Source: Callorhinchus milii (lineage: Eukaryota). Taken from it: a stretch of 64,000 bases of DNA. The position numbers were made by a program, and so were the translations under genes. This document shows, in pieces, positions 13,160 through 26,122 of this stretch; positions within the stretch are counted from its first letter, which is position 1; each line of letters opens with the position of its first letter. The DNA lies in NCBI RefSeq assembly GCF_018977255.1, contig NW_024704743.1, forward strand, positions 112,222,001-112,286,000, read 5' to 3'. Below the pieces are notes generated by a model. That model worked only from the letters and a program-made list of their open reading frames with translations. It ran no database searches and was not told where the DNA came from.

Positions 13160-13382
13160 AGGTAAAATTTCACCTGATCAAATAAATAAATTTCAACAGT
13201 GTCGAGAATTTGACAATTTGTTTGATTTAGTTTGAATTTTGAAGCCGGTTTTCTATTAGTTGTTAAGAGAAACTCAAAGAAAACTGGCTTCAAAACTAAA
13301 GCTGTATTGAAGAATTTGCCAAATTGTGAATGATCTTATGTGATACAGTCCAGTAAATCTAGACCCAGGTGGAATTTTACCC
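13160..13382. mobile_element. Palindromic MITE (Harbinger-like termini, tentative)
   Basis: ggtaaaatttcacctg / caggtggaattttacc; inner ttttgaagccggttttct / agaaaactggcttcaaaa; acaatttg / caaattgt. Confidence 0.7.
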
Positions 13383-13460
13383 TTTGTGTCTTTTGCCTAA
13401 TGTTAATTTGGCACCTAATTATCTCTGGTTTTAATGTATTAATAGTAGTCCTTATAATAA

Positions 13461-14128
13461 AGTCCTGTAGCTCAGTGGTTAGAGCACTCACCTCACAAGC
13501 GAGAACCTGGGTTCGATTTCCAGTAGGGTGAAACTATAAAATAAAATAAAATAAAATAGTCCTTGCATTTGATAATAATAATAATAATAATAATCCTTGC
13601 ATTTGATATAGCGCTTTTCACGTCGGGAGGACGTCCCAAAGCGCTTCACAGAACACACTGTAAAGTGTATTGACTGTATATTTGTGGGCGAACGCGGCAG
13701 CCAATTGCGCACAGCAATGTCCCACAAACAATCATGGATTGAAAATGACCAATTTATTATTGTTTTGGTTTTGGAGGGATTATTATTAGGCGTGTGGAGT
13801 AAGGAAACTTGCCCAAGGTTTCGCCCTCTGCCTGGAATTGAACTCAGGTCTCTAGCTTGCAAAGCGAGTGCTCAACCACTGAGCTACAGGACTCCACATG
13901 ATATGTGCCTTTACTCCACATGCCTGATAATAATCCCTCAAGAAAAAAAACAATAATAAATTGGTCACTTCAATAACTCGACTGTTTGTGGGACACTGTT
14001 GTGTGCAATTGGCTGCCGCTTTTCGCCCACAAATGTACAGTCAATTCACTTCCCAGAATATTCTGTGAAGCACTTTGAGATGTCTCAAAGACATGAAAAG
14101 CGCTATATCAAATGCAAGGAGTATTATA
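13461..14128 (+). mobile_element. Older tRNA-Ala SINE split by nested insertions
   Basis: Head agtcctgtagctcagtggttagagcac at 13461-13534; body resumes at ~13912 (ttactccacatgcctgataataatccc) and runs to the tail at ~14128. Confidence 0.85.
13574..13898 (-). mobile_element. Full-length young tRNA-Ala SINE, nested
   Basis: Reverse complement of the same element, from (aat)n ccttgcatttgatatagcgc to ccactgagctacaggactccaca. Confidence 0.93.
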
Positions 14129-14261
14129 ATAATAATAATTCTTGGATTTTATATTGGACCTGATCACATCTTCGAGACATCTCAAAGCACTTCACAGAAT
14201 TGACTGTATATTTTGTGGGTGAAAATATAAAATAAAATAGTCCTTGCATTTGATATGATGC

Positions 14262-14396
14262 CTTCAGTCGCCCTCCCACCTCTCTGCCTTCCCTCAGCCC
14301 CCATGCTCGGGTCCTGACTCCTGACTGTCCAGCGCCTTGGGACATCCTCCCGACGTGAAAGGTGCTCCATAAATGTAATTTTGTTGTTGTTGTTGT
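14262..14396 (+). mobile_element. L2 3' tail
   Basis: cagcgccttgggacatcctcccgacgtgaaaggtgctccataaatgtaatttt(gtt)n. Confidence 0.7.
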
Positions 14397-16429
14397 ATGT
14401 CATTGAGATGCCTCAGAACACTTCACAACTCCACTCCGGGTAACTCGCCACTGAGCCTTTTTCCCTTGGAGTGACGAATTATCAGGAACTTACACAGTCA
14501 CTACACATTACAGTAAAAATTGTGAAGCACTTTGAGACACCCTCCTGACATGGCGCTATGTCAAATGTAAGGATTATCATTTTCATTATTATAAAATAAA
14601 TATGCTCTGATGACTCAAAGCCTTTTGAGAAATTAAGAAGTCTTCGACCAGATTATATGAACAAAATCCACATAATATAGTGCTTTTTATGTCTGGAGGA
14701 TGTCTCAAAGCACTTCAGATGATTTTACTGTAAAGTATAGTGACTATGTATTTTGAGGGAAACCTTTGTTTGCCAAACACTTCCTAAGAGGTGGGGGAAT
14801 TAAGATTCATGACTTTTTTTAACTCTGTAATTTTTTTTGTAGTAATCAGTTCCCCACTATTTAAGATTACAAAGGTGCCCGCATGGTTTTAATGTGTATG
14901 AAACCACAACAGTAAGGTCTTGTTTTCTATGAAGTTAACTTTCAGATCAGGCTTCTTCAGTCTGATCTGGTAAGGTAACTTGCATCCTCGCTGAAAGGTG
15001 ATTTGTTCTAATCAACTTTGCAGAGTCTGATGGAATCACATAGAGCATATTTCATACCTGACACTACTGCGGAATGATACACTTCAGGACAAATGCTGCT
15101 GACCTGAATAATACATGACAGAGAGATGACCGGGTGAGAAAAGTAATTTTTCACCTTTACTCCTCGAGTTTCTTTATTAAAGCCTCAGACATGCTTGATT
15201 GAAACTCTGCTTCTACACCAGCTAAAAGAAAAAAATCAAGTGTGCCTTATTAATATCGCAGAGCTGCTCATTTCAGCTCCAGCACTCCACCAACTAACAA
15301 ATCATTTCACAAACACTGCCAGTTGATTAGTTCAAACCCACAACATTTTTTTTACGAGCATAGGAAAATAAATGCTTGGAACAGTGAGATCTGTTTTAGT
15401 TACTATCTGGAGCACTGGAGCCTTTGTTGCCATGATCGCCCACAAAACACACAGTCACTCCACTTAACTGTACATCCTGTGAAGCGCTTTGAGATGTCTC
15501 TTGATGTGGAAGGCATTATATCAAATGAAATGATTATTTTATTTTGTGCTGGTTTAAATTCAATCAAAATTTCCCTATGATAGCGATCTGAAATAAAGCT
15601 CTGCTGATCACAGGTCAGATTAAAAACACACGCACCCACCTTTCTCTCTGGTGACCTTGTTCAACACTGGTTTAATTATGGTACACGACCATGTAAAACA
15701 GACAATAGTTAGGTAGGCACTGCTTTAAATATCCCAAACAGACTTGTGTTGAAATGCTTTGCTTCAGTTTATAAGGTGCCTCAAGCATCAAACATCAAAT
15801 AAATATGATTTACTAAATAAATAAATCCAGTTTACTTTCTTATTTGCTTATATATCTTATACATCGCTTGATGTCTATCGTGATACCAAACTCCCCGATC
15901 TCTCAACACATCGTATCTTAGTTTCTGAAACCTTCTAAAGTATTTGCATTCACCACATCTAAAACAACTCCAGGAGAACTGTTCCTTATGAACTATCTTT
16001 AGATCTCCGTGTTGATTTTTCAATACATGAATATTTTATAAGTGGTGTTGTCCTCGCCTCTTGTAATTGTCTTTTCACCTGTTAACTGGTAGCCATATGA
16101 AGGTGTGACTCTTTACATCTGCCAGTGATTATGTGCAATCCTTATGTCCTCAGGTCTGGATGATACATTTTCAATAGCTGTGAATTCTCCAGATTCTTCA
16201 ATTCTTTCTTACAACCGTGCTCGCTTTGCAAATCCTTTGTTAGTGCTGTAGTGTTAAACAGGGCAGCCAAAGGATGATCTCACTGGTACACAGAGCAACT
16301 AGAATTAAAATGGTTGTATGGCCGAAGACAAACTGGTTTAAGGAGACAAGGATAAATGTATATGTATTTGGGGAAATGAAATTCCTCTGTTTTCCTCCCA
16401 GTCTATCTTGGTTTCCTTTCCCATCTCTT

Positions 16430-16620
16430 CCTTTTCTTTCCAGGTCCCAGCTGGATAAGTAGTACATAGCTGACAATACAGTGCATTCAATGGTAAGCGA
16501 TGTGGTTTAAGCTGGTTAAATTCCAGGAGCACCTCAACGCACACTCTGGGATTCCCCCAAACTTTGGCTCTTATCAACCTCCACCTAGTACTTTCTGGAA
16601 GTAGGCAACCAGAGGGAATG
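16430..16620 (-). repeat. Unclassified repeat, copy 2 (partial)
   Basis: agctggttaaattccaggagcacctc...ttggctcttatcaacctccacctagtactttctggaa. Confidence 0.62.
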
Positions 16621-16959
16621 GCATTTGAGGTATTGAGACATCCTGCATTGAAAAAATTTAATTCTTGAAGAATTTAAAGAATTGAACTTAAAATAAATAA
16701 TTTATCTCTATATCTGACCCACTTTTCATTCCACTTGTTCTTGGGCTATGGGTGATTTATTGTTCATCCCTAGTTGCCCACAAAACACAAGTGGTAGAGT
16801 TTTCCCTTTATGCCACTGTTGTCATTGTGTCAATGGTTTTCCCGTGAAAGTGTTACAATAATCTTTATATTTCACAAGAGTGAAAGGAGAGCTTAGGAGA
16901 ATTTTGTCACAAAGAGAATTTTTGAGATGTGGAATATCCTGACAAATAAGTTGGTAGAA

Positions 16960-17340
16960 GTAGAGTCCATTGTGGAATTCAAGAGAGAAATAGAGAGCTA
17001 TATGAAGGATAGAGGCTTGAAGGGGCACATGAATAAAGCAGCACAGTAGGACTGAATGGACACCTTACTTTGAGAGCCAGTGCAGATTCAATGGGCCAAA
17101 TAATCTTCTTCTGCACTGTAAATTTCTGCCAATCTATGATAAAGCACTTTATCATGTCATTAATAAGTCTGTAAGAGATCATATAGAAGTATATAAGATT
17201 TTAAATGGGATTGAGATAGTAAACTTAGAACAATAATTTAGTCTGCATTGAGACATCAGTAACAAAAGGAGATATGTTTAGAGTTGCAAAGGGCAATTTC
17301 AGGACAGAAACCTGGAAGTATTTCTTTACCCAGAGGGTAC
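16960..17340 (+). mobile_element. CR1 fragments (3' UTR, then ORF2 C-terminal piece)
   Basis: atgggccaaataatcttcttctgcactgtaaatttct tail; 17182 onward reads IEVYKILNGIE...KGNFRTETWKYFFTQRV-like. Confidence 0.78.
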
Positions 17341-18778
17341 AGCAAGCGTGATACCCAGAGTATTTTGCCCACAAAATATACAGTCAATTCACTTTATCAG
17401 TATATTCTATGAAGCGCTTTGAGACGTTACGAAGATGTGAAAAGGCACTATATCAAATGCAAGAATTATTATTATTACGTATTATTTATTATAAAGAAGG
17501 GAAACTGTGAGTCAAGCTATTAATTTTGACCATTATTTCTGCTAAGGGTGCACATTCTTAAGCATAAAATGAAAAGCCAGAGTGGCTAACTGTGATGTTA
17601 CTGTGGGATTGAAAATCATTCCAAATGCAAAATGGAATGAATGACAAAACAGCCAAACAATGTACTAAACATCTCAACACACACCTCAGTTACAACAACT
17701 CTCAATAAAATGTCCACTTCCTGCCACTTGCCTTAGTTGATTCTTATCTTCCGGGAACGAAACGTCTGTACCACAGTTTGAAGCAGATAGTTATCGGAAA
17801 GTTCTGATCAGGATTTCATATACTTTTTCAGAAACCCACACAAATAACCTATGTCAGACTCCCATTACAGAAATCTTTCACTCCGCAAATACATTTAGTG
17901 CTGCCTCGCCTGAACGTACATGTCATCCAAGCAGATTCTGCTTGCCCACACAGTTTTCCTTCAGCAAATTAAGTGCTCAATCATATTGGATATCTGGTCT
18001 GATACAAATGACTGGTGCAGATATAAGCAACGTGAACCTCATTACAGTGGTAAAGAATGTTAACAATAGGCATAAAATTCACACAGATGCTCACCAAACA
18101 AAACTCCTTCTGGAACCTGCAGATCTAAAGAGGCTAAGAACAAACACCTTTGATTTCTAACGTTTAGAAGTGAAATGTGGCACAGATTAGCTGTTGTGTT
18201 TCCCTGTATAACATTGACTTTCATTTCTAATTGACTATATCTCATAAAGTGCTTTGAGGTATCAATTCTTACACGAAAGGTGCTATATAAATGCAAGTTA
18301 ATATTAGAAAACAGCTGTGCTAGAATAAATTAATATTGAAAATATTTGTTAAATTGATATTGCGAAGGCCAAATAATAGCACACATTAAACAATCTCCCC
18401 GGCGTTATTCATGAGAAGTTAATTTATAATCAATCCATTTAAACTGCTAATTTCATAAATTGTTCACCTTAATTGACAGAACATAAATAGTTTAGCATTC
18501 ACCTGTCACTCTTTTTCGAAAGATAGCGGAATGAAGCATATCATGATATTGCTTTCAAACACATAAATATGCTGCTTATTTAATATGCAAGATCATTTTG
18601 TCAGATATTCCAATAGATGTCTTGACCATATGTTCTGTGTGCACGCAATGGAGATCTTCCCTTACTTTTAAACATTTAAAAAAAATACTTTCCATCACTT
18701 TTTAAATGTACTAGAAAAACACTTGGACAGATTTGCTGGAATTGAAGTGATATTGCTTCCAGCACCAGAGCGATTTTT

Positions 18779-19020
18779 GGGCTCGAAATTCCACCTGAAA
18801 TTCTACCTGGCCTTAGCATGTTTAAGACCATTTTTCTTAAAGTTTAAGATTGCGTAGAATGGTGGAAAATGTTTGCACTTGACCAATTTGGAAGCTGATA
18901 TTTCAACAGTTAATAACAGGATTCGGTTTTCAAATTAACACTGAATGTAACCATTTTCACAATCTTAAATGTTTGAGGCAGAATGGTTTTACAGCTAAGA
19001 CAAGGTAGAGTTTCAAGCTC
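18779..19020. mobile_element. Palindromic MITE (Harbinger-like termini, tentative)
   Basis: gggctcgaaattccacctg / aaggtagagtttcaagctc (14/19); inner tttaagattgcgtagaatggt / accattttcacaatcttaaa. Confidence 0.65.
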
Positions 19021-19244
19021 TTGAAGTGGGGAAGCTGGGTATAAACATCCTTCTTCCAACAGATTGATCACAAGATTGGTCTGGATGAAGAAGGCCCTTC
19101 GGCCCATCCGATAAAATTGGACAGAGTTCCTTGCCTGCACATAACCAGCAGTGAGGATGTAATCTTACTGAAAAGCTGTCTTTTGAAGTTCTTGGACAGG
19201 GAACCATTTCTGAGCAGAACTCAATTCAGTTTATTAACAACTGT

Positions 19245-19572
19245 AATCGTTACATTTGATATTGCATTTTTCACATCAGGAGGGCATCTCAAAGCACTTC
19301 ACAGATTTCACTGTAAAGTGTAGTGACTCTTTATTCTGTAGGCGAATGCAGCAGGCAATTTTTTGCACAGCAGTGCCCACAAACAGCTATGAAGTGAGTG
19401 ACCGTGTATACAACCGAAAGTTGTATATGACACTACTGTGTGCAATTGGCTGCCTTGTTTCGCCCGTAAAATATGCAATCAATTCACTTTACATTATATT
19501 CTGTGAAGTGCTTTGAGACGTCTCAAAGATGTGATAAGGCACTATATCAAATGCAAGGATTGTTATTATTAT
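19245..19572. mobile_element. Two SINE 3' halves in opposite orientation
   Basis: Minus tail at 19245-19400; plus tail at 19430-19572 ending atcaaatgcaaggattgttatt. Confidence 0.78.
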
Positions 19573-20249
19573 ATTGTATATCTTAAGTTCCCTCTTTCCC
19601 ATGGTGTTTCAAAGTTCCTACCTAGGGAAGTTACACTGGCCTGCTCCAACATCTCAGCAATGCTATTCTACAACCCGTCAACATGGGGTATACGTACCCA
19701 AATCAACTCTCTGTCCCCTTTTCTCTTCCTCTGTTTGACATGTATCGTGTCTCTGCTAACTACACTGCGGGAAGCTGCAGCTAAGATATCAAATTCATAA
19801 TGCAAGTCTGATACTGACCATTCTGCATATCACTGTACTAAATGCTGTGCCGTTCCATAACCACACTAACAGTGAGAGGACCACTGGGGCTCAGTGCAGC
19901 AGGAGAATCGTCAATGGAGGCCACTGGAATTGAAAATAAATATAAGCTTGTATTACTCATGTTTTGACAAAAACCTAACCGGGGGAAATAGTGACATTCA
20001 AAGTAAAGGCTGAGGCAACCTCATTAACAGAAGATAATGTTTACCCAGAAGGAAATTACAAACCAGTAATCCAATTGGGTTAGGATAACATCTTAAGCCA
20101 TGACAAAAAGGTCTGAGCCATTTACAAACACCTGAATCATTGGGTTTTGGATATTGCTTTTTACTTGCTTCCAGATATCTGCTGTTTAAAAATCTTTACT
20201 GTGTGTTTGTTGATAAGTCATTTAAATTATGAAATGGTTAAAGCTGAGA

Positions 20250-20590
20250 CTAGGCAGGCTGACACTCCAGTGCAGTGCTGTGGGATGTGTTACATTATCA
20301 GAGGTACTGTCCTTTTTTATGATATGCTGAAATTGAGGTCCCGTCTGCTTATTCGGTTGACGTTAAAGCTCCAAAAAGCACTAATCAAAAAGAAAAGGGA
20401 GTTTCTCCTAGTGTCCTTGTCAACAATTTCCCACAATAAAATTGGTCACTTTCTTTATGGTTGTTGCTGTGAGCAAATTGGCTGCCATCTTCCCCCTTCA
20501 AAATACAGTCACTACAGTATGTCCTGTGAAGCGATTTGAGACGTCCTCCAAATATGAAAGGCACTGTATCAAATGTAAGGATTAATAGAA
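20250..20590 (+). mobile_element. Deu-domain SINE, head truncated
   Basis: ggctgacactccagtgcagtgctg...gaggtcccgtctgc...atcaaatgtaaggatt. Confidence 0.85.
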
Positions 20591-21388
20591 TTTGTTTGGG
20601 GCCCGCATGTTCATCAACTATCATTTTCCTTTTTTTATATATAAAAAAAATCAAATGTCAATCCTAAACCGAAGACCTTGACGTGAGAAACTGTTTGAGA
20701 CATCCTTACCAAGGAGTCTCAGTAAAATCTAGCTTCATTGAGTTGGCATTTCACAGGACCACGTATTGGGCTATGCAAGCTTCTTACAGCTGAAGTCTTT
20801 TGACGTGAATTATTCAGTGAGAAACAATGCTGTGGCCCATGCTGGGATTTCTACATACATCACCATGTTCCTTAACTGACCTATTTATTGATAGACAATG
20901 TTTACCCAATACACCTGGTATGTAGCACAGTGGTTTGGAGGGCACCTTTGAGGTAAATGTGCCCCAAAGCATTCAATTGTTTGAACGTTTTGTTTGGAGA
21001 CCGACTTTTGAGTTAAGAACTGACCAAACCAGTTTGACAATTGGACGAACGAAGAACAGGGATTAAGAATAATTCTGTTTGGTCAATCACAGTCATCACA
21101 CTTCACAGTAAATTGTGTAAAAATATTTGAGACATTCTAATGACATGATAAGGTGCTGTATCAAATGCAACAATTATTATTACTTACACTGTGCATATTA
21201 TCCAGGCTAAAATGAAAAACTCTGATAGCTACAAAGCTTTCCTTGGTAACAGTAAAAGGGACAGTAACATTCAGAACTCACAAACCTCCTTTGTATCTTG
21301 CTAACTATCATGTCCAAATTATTTACCTGGATTATGTAATTTATCAATATACCCTTCACTGGGGTCACAAATGTAAGATACATGAGAG

Positions 21389-21456
<68 letters not shown>
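21389..21456. repeat. (TGAT)17 microsatellite
   Basis: Perfect tetranucleotide run. Confidence 0.97.
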
Positions 21457-21729
21457 ACCTTCCCCTTGGGGAATGCAGATTGCACAGATTTGCACAGTAA
21501 AATGGTGAGTTGGGATTGATGAGCTGGATAAATCCGAACAAAAGCCTTTTTGTCTCCCAGTGGTATTTCGAGCTTTGTCACCAATGAGGGGAATGCTGCA
21601 ATCTGATATATAGCAAACTAGAAATCGCAATTAATGCGACAAATCGAGTTTACAAAAATCACATTTTCTACCCCACTGTGTACCTCAATCATCTCATAAC
21701 TGATCAGCCATGACATTGCCATATTGCTT

Positions 21730-22125
21730 GTATCTGGCTCAGTTGGTCGCACTCTCATCTCTAAGTCAGAAGGTCGCATGAGCTCACACTCCAGGATGGC
21801 ACTCCAGTGTAGTGCTGGGGGAGCATTGCATTGTCCTTTGGATGAGACATACTGAGGTCTTGTCAACCTGTTCAGATGGACGGTAAACATCCCCTGGCAC
21901 AGCATGAAAAGAGAAAGGAGTTTCTCTCGGTTTCCTGGCCAAGACTACCTCCAGATAAAATTTGTTATTCACTTCATGGTTTAGGGTATATTGCTGTGTG
22001 CAAATGGGTTACTTTGTTTGCCTACAAACACAGCCATCACACTTTACAGTAAATTGTGTGAAGCTTTTTGAGACATTTGAATTATGCAATAAGGTGCTAA
22101 ATCAAATGCAGCAATTATTATTACT
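21730..22125 (+). mobile_element. Deu-domain SINE, near full length
   Basis: ggctcagttggtcgcactctc...ggatgagacat...ttcctggccaa...atcaaatgcagcaattattatt. Confidence 0.85.
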
Positions 22126-22559
22126 TACACTGCAACCAATACTTCAATGATCGGAGCATGAAATTTACAACAAATTATTGGAGTATGAAACATATTGCAA
22201 ATGTCCATATTTGGATGCAACCAGGTTAGATAATCAGATGAAATAGCAGTGCATATTGAAATTAAACCAGTTTTTAATAATAGGCTTGTTTATTGGAAGA
22301 TCACTGCAAGTCCAGTTAGAAAGGTGATGTTTTTAACAAAGCTTTTAATATTACTTTCAAACAGCAGGGTGGGTGAATAATTTGAGATGTGATGTGATCA
22401 TCATTATTGTCTCAGTTGATGAACTCCATTCCCCTCTTACTTCAGCACAATGGTTGTGCCCAAAGCCAAATTAATTTAAAATGACATTGTCAGGGGAGAG
22501 ACTATGTGATAACCAAGTCACCAGTAATATCTACCAGTGACATTTCTGCACCTGTCATA

Positions 22560-22845
22560 CTATACTTTTACTGTAAATTGTAGTGACTGCATTTTGAAGG
22601 CAAATCAACAGCCAAATTGCACACAGTAATGTACCACAAACAGCTATGAAGTCAATGACCAATTTTATTTGGGGTTTGTTGGCCAGGACAATAGAATAAC
22701 TCTCCTTTCAAGTAGTGCCATAGGATCCTTAATGTCCATCTGAACAGGCAGAAAGGACTTTAAGTTCTCATCTAAAGGACGGCACCACTGACAATTCAGC
22801 ACACCCTCATTCTGCACTGGAGTGTGAGCCTAAACTATGAGCGCA
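22560..22845 (-). mobile_element. Deu SINE, partial
   Basis: cacaaacagctatgaagtcaatgacc...ttggccaggaca...gtgccataggatcc...gcactggagtgtgagcc. Confidence 0.8.
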
Positions 22846-23719
22846 TGATACTAATCTTCAAACCTGCCAACAAAATACACAATCGTTACACTTCACAGTA
22901 AAATTCCATGAAGTGCTTTGAGACATACCCCCACCCCGATTGTGATTTATTATTGTTAGGAAATGGCACGAAATTAACCAAAAAGGACCTAGAAACAAAA
23001 ACTGACCTAAAGCACAATACTTTCAAAGAGATCTTTCAATCCGAGGAGTTGCTTGCATTAATGCATGTGTTGTGCCGCACAGCATCTTGCAGTTGACAGA
23101 GCAATGGTTTAATTATTTTAATTGCATCTGTATAAATACTTCAAAGTTATGCAAATAAGTCTATATTGTTCGCAGAGCCATTTTATGCAGAGTGTTCGAT
23201 TAAACAGTTTGTTAAGTTTTCTTTTTGTGTGATTTGCTCTCAGATGTGACTAGGCATTGCAGCTGTAGCCTTTACTTCACATCAAAGCCCCAAATTATAA
23301 CAAGATGAGAGAATGTCGAGGAGGCTGACACTTCAAACGTTACTTGAGAATACAAAGGCTACAATATGACATTACAACAAAGGATTTTTTAACCTGAATT
23401 TCATCTGATTCTAACTGACTCTACCTGCATCTACTCGCACATGTTCTGTATTGCACTAAGACATTAACCCTTAAAGGCTTCACACTCGCACACTGTTAAG
23501 TGATGATTTAACTCACATTGATACGTATGGATAATTCAACTAGGACCCAGGAACGTCGATCAAATTTATTTAGTTACATGTTTTTTTCAAATTCTGTTGG
23601 TTTGCTCAAAACATGTTAAGTTTCTTTTAAGTCAATTATCTCCAGCAATGCAAATAAAGGCTCCTGTTCATATAGCAGTAAAAGCATTTCCGTGTATCCA
23701 GTTACACTGTGTGTCTGAG

Positions 23720-24340
23720 ATGTGAGCAGCATGATCACTTGCACCCTACCAGAACCCAAAATCCAGTGCAGCTCTAGAATGCGCACCCTCCCTAGGAGCT
23801 CCCCAGGCTCCATTAGCTCTCAGTCCCCCAGTAGAACAATTCTAAAATCCTTGCTTAATCATCAAACCCCAACACAGTCTTGGCCCTCCCCTAACTACTG
23901 TAATAATAATAATAATCTTTGCATTTGGTTTAGCACCTTATCACGATGTTGAGGCGACTCAAAGTGCTTCACGGAATGCACTGTATAATGAATTGGCTGT
24001 ATACGTTGCGGGTGAAACTCTGCTATCTCCTCCAGGCCTGTTCTGTTCTCTATCCTCCGCCCTTCTCTGACTTCTCATGTGCTGCTTGTTATTCAATAAG
24101 TTCATCCTACCAATGGTGGTGAAGCTTTCAGTCACTTTCACCTTCTGTTTGAAGCAACCTCTCCCGAGATCCCTCCACCTTGCTCCTTCTCTCGCTTCCT
24201 TTCAAAGCTTAAAAATAACTCTCTCTTTAACGTGTTTTTGGTCAACACTCCAAAATTCTCCTTGCCGCTTGTTATTATTTCTTTAAAGCCCTTTGAGGCA
24301 TTCATCCTATGTGAAAGGTGTTATGCAAATGCAAGTTGTT
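23720..24340 (+). mobile_element. Degenerate L2 3' fragment with a SINE tail inserted at ~23900-24020 (minus)
   Basis: ttctaaaatccttg...cttggccctcccc, gctttcagtc...ccctccaccttgctccttctctc, tail tgaaaggtgttatgcaaatgcaagttgttg. Confidence 0.7.
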
Positions 24341-24772
24341 GTATGCACTTTGTTCATAGTGAAAGCTGACCTGCACTGCACAGTTAATGCTGTACATCTA
24401 ATTTCTTGTGAGCAGCTGGTTTTTAAACTTCAAGTATCGACATTCAATTTTGAATCAATGAAAGACTTGACTGTCCTACCAGCTCTTTTCAATCAATTGA
24501 ACCGTTCAGTGGCAAGCCAAGGCCAGTGAGAATTGCTGTGCATGAGGTTGAGTTCATGTGTGTGAAGCTCTGGAATTCTCTAACTAACTGTGCAGCCGGG
24601 CAATTATAAGAGGAACTGCCTACTTTCTGTCCACTTAAAACATTGTAGGCCTTGTCTGGTTATAGAGTATCATATCACTAAAGGGTTCAGGAATTAATCT
24701 GGAGGAGTGTCGGCCAACACACTGGGATAAACTCCCTTCTCTTTACAAACAATGCCATGAGTTCCTTGATAT

Positions 24773-25130
24773 GTCAGCCCGGATCAGTTAGTAGCATTCT
24801 CAACTCTAAATCGGAAAGTTGTGAGTTCAAGCCTCCTAGCAGGACTCTGAGCTCGTGCTTTAGGCTGACACTCTAATGCAGTGCTGGAGTTGTGTTGTGT
24901 TGTTGGGGCTGTCGCCAGTCAAGAAGAGATGTTAATCCAAGGTCTGTTCTGTTTGTTCAGGTGAAAGTAAAAATTCCCATGGCACTATTTGAAAAGAGAA
25001 GGGAGTTTCTCCCAGTATCTTGACCAACAATCCCCCAGATAAAATGCAGCATTCACTTCATCTGTTCGTAGGATATTGACTGCACATTCACCTACAAATA
25101 TACTCATTATACTTTACATTGTATCCTATT
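24773..25130 (+). mobile_element. Deu-domain SINE
   Basis: gtcagcccggatcagttagtagca...taggctgacactc...cccatggcactatttgaaaagagaagggagtttctcc. Confidence 0.82.
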
Positions 25131-25799
25131 GCATTTTTATGATTATTCGGGAGAAAGAAGTTTGTGTATCATGTATCTCTGACGATGTTGGACAGATTTA
25201 TTAAAGTGCTAGCACAAGCTCACATTTTAGTAGCTTGAAGGATTATTTTCTCATTCACTGAACAGCTGCTGGTTCCTGTTCCTTGGGCTTTAATACCATT
25301 ATTAAAAGTAAAGTCTTCAGTAAGCAGTGGTAACATCTGCAGTGACCACACGTTCATCGCTAACTACTAGTTCTAGTCACCACTGAAAATAAACCACGTG
25401 TTAAAAATCAAAGGAGGCGAATGTTAATACAAATCTGGACAGTTAAATGTTATGATGAGGTGCTCTACGCATGGCATGACCAGCCTTAATACCAATCATA
25501 AAAATTACAATAAGCTACCTTTTAATGGGGAATTAACAAATGTTTCCGTTAATTGTTTCCATACGATTAAGTCCAGTGTGTTAATTGGTTCCATAGAAGC
25601 CATAGAAATTTCCAATATGTTGAGATGTCCTCTCAACATGAGAGGCACTATAGAAACATAAATTGCATCATTATAAAACCGATGAGCCCCAAATAAGATC
25701 ACTTCCAAGAGGCAGTGGAATTGTCAGTGAAACTCTCTTACACTCTCGGTGAAAGGGTACATAACATTAAATGTTCTGCTACACTTGAAAAGGATTTCA

Positions 25800-26122
25800 A
25801 TCTAACTTTCCTGCAGTCAAAAAGATTCTTCCTGATCCGGTTGCCTCTTTGCTCTGAATAGCAGGAGGGGTCCTTGCTGGATAAGCAGCAGGAATCTTGC
25901 CAGACAGTGGGCAAGCTCTGCAGTTTCAGCTGGTTAAACTCCAGCAGTGCCTCAGTGCACATTTCCCAAGGTGTCCCCATGCCTTACCTCTCACCGACAT
26001 GCACCTAATACTCTCTAGAATTAGATAAGGAGGGTGTGTCCTTCCAAGAGGAGAGTCCGCATTCCATTACAGATACAGGGAAATTTTCATGTGTAGGTGG
26101 CATACATATGTGGAATTCAGTC
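25800..26122 (-). repeat. Unclassified repeat, copy 3
   Basis: tgcacctaatactctctagaatt...cttccaagaggagagt...ttccattacagatacagggaaattt matches the reverse complement of 3430-3530. Confidence 0.75.

Noticed and set aside
21473..21496. miR-19-like sequence on the minus strand
   Set aside because: 3' end diverges and I see no hairpin partner.
21207..21630. SINQ-repeat protein
   Set aside because: Translation of the (TGAT)n microsatellite.
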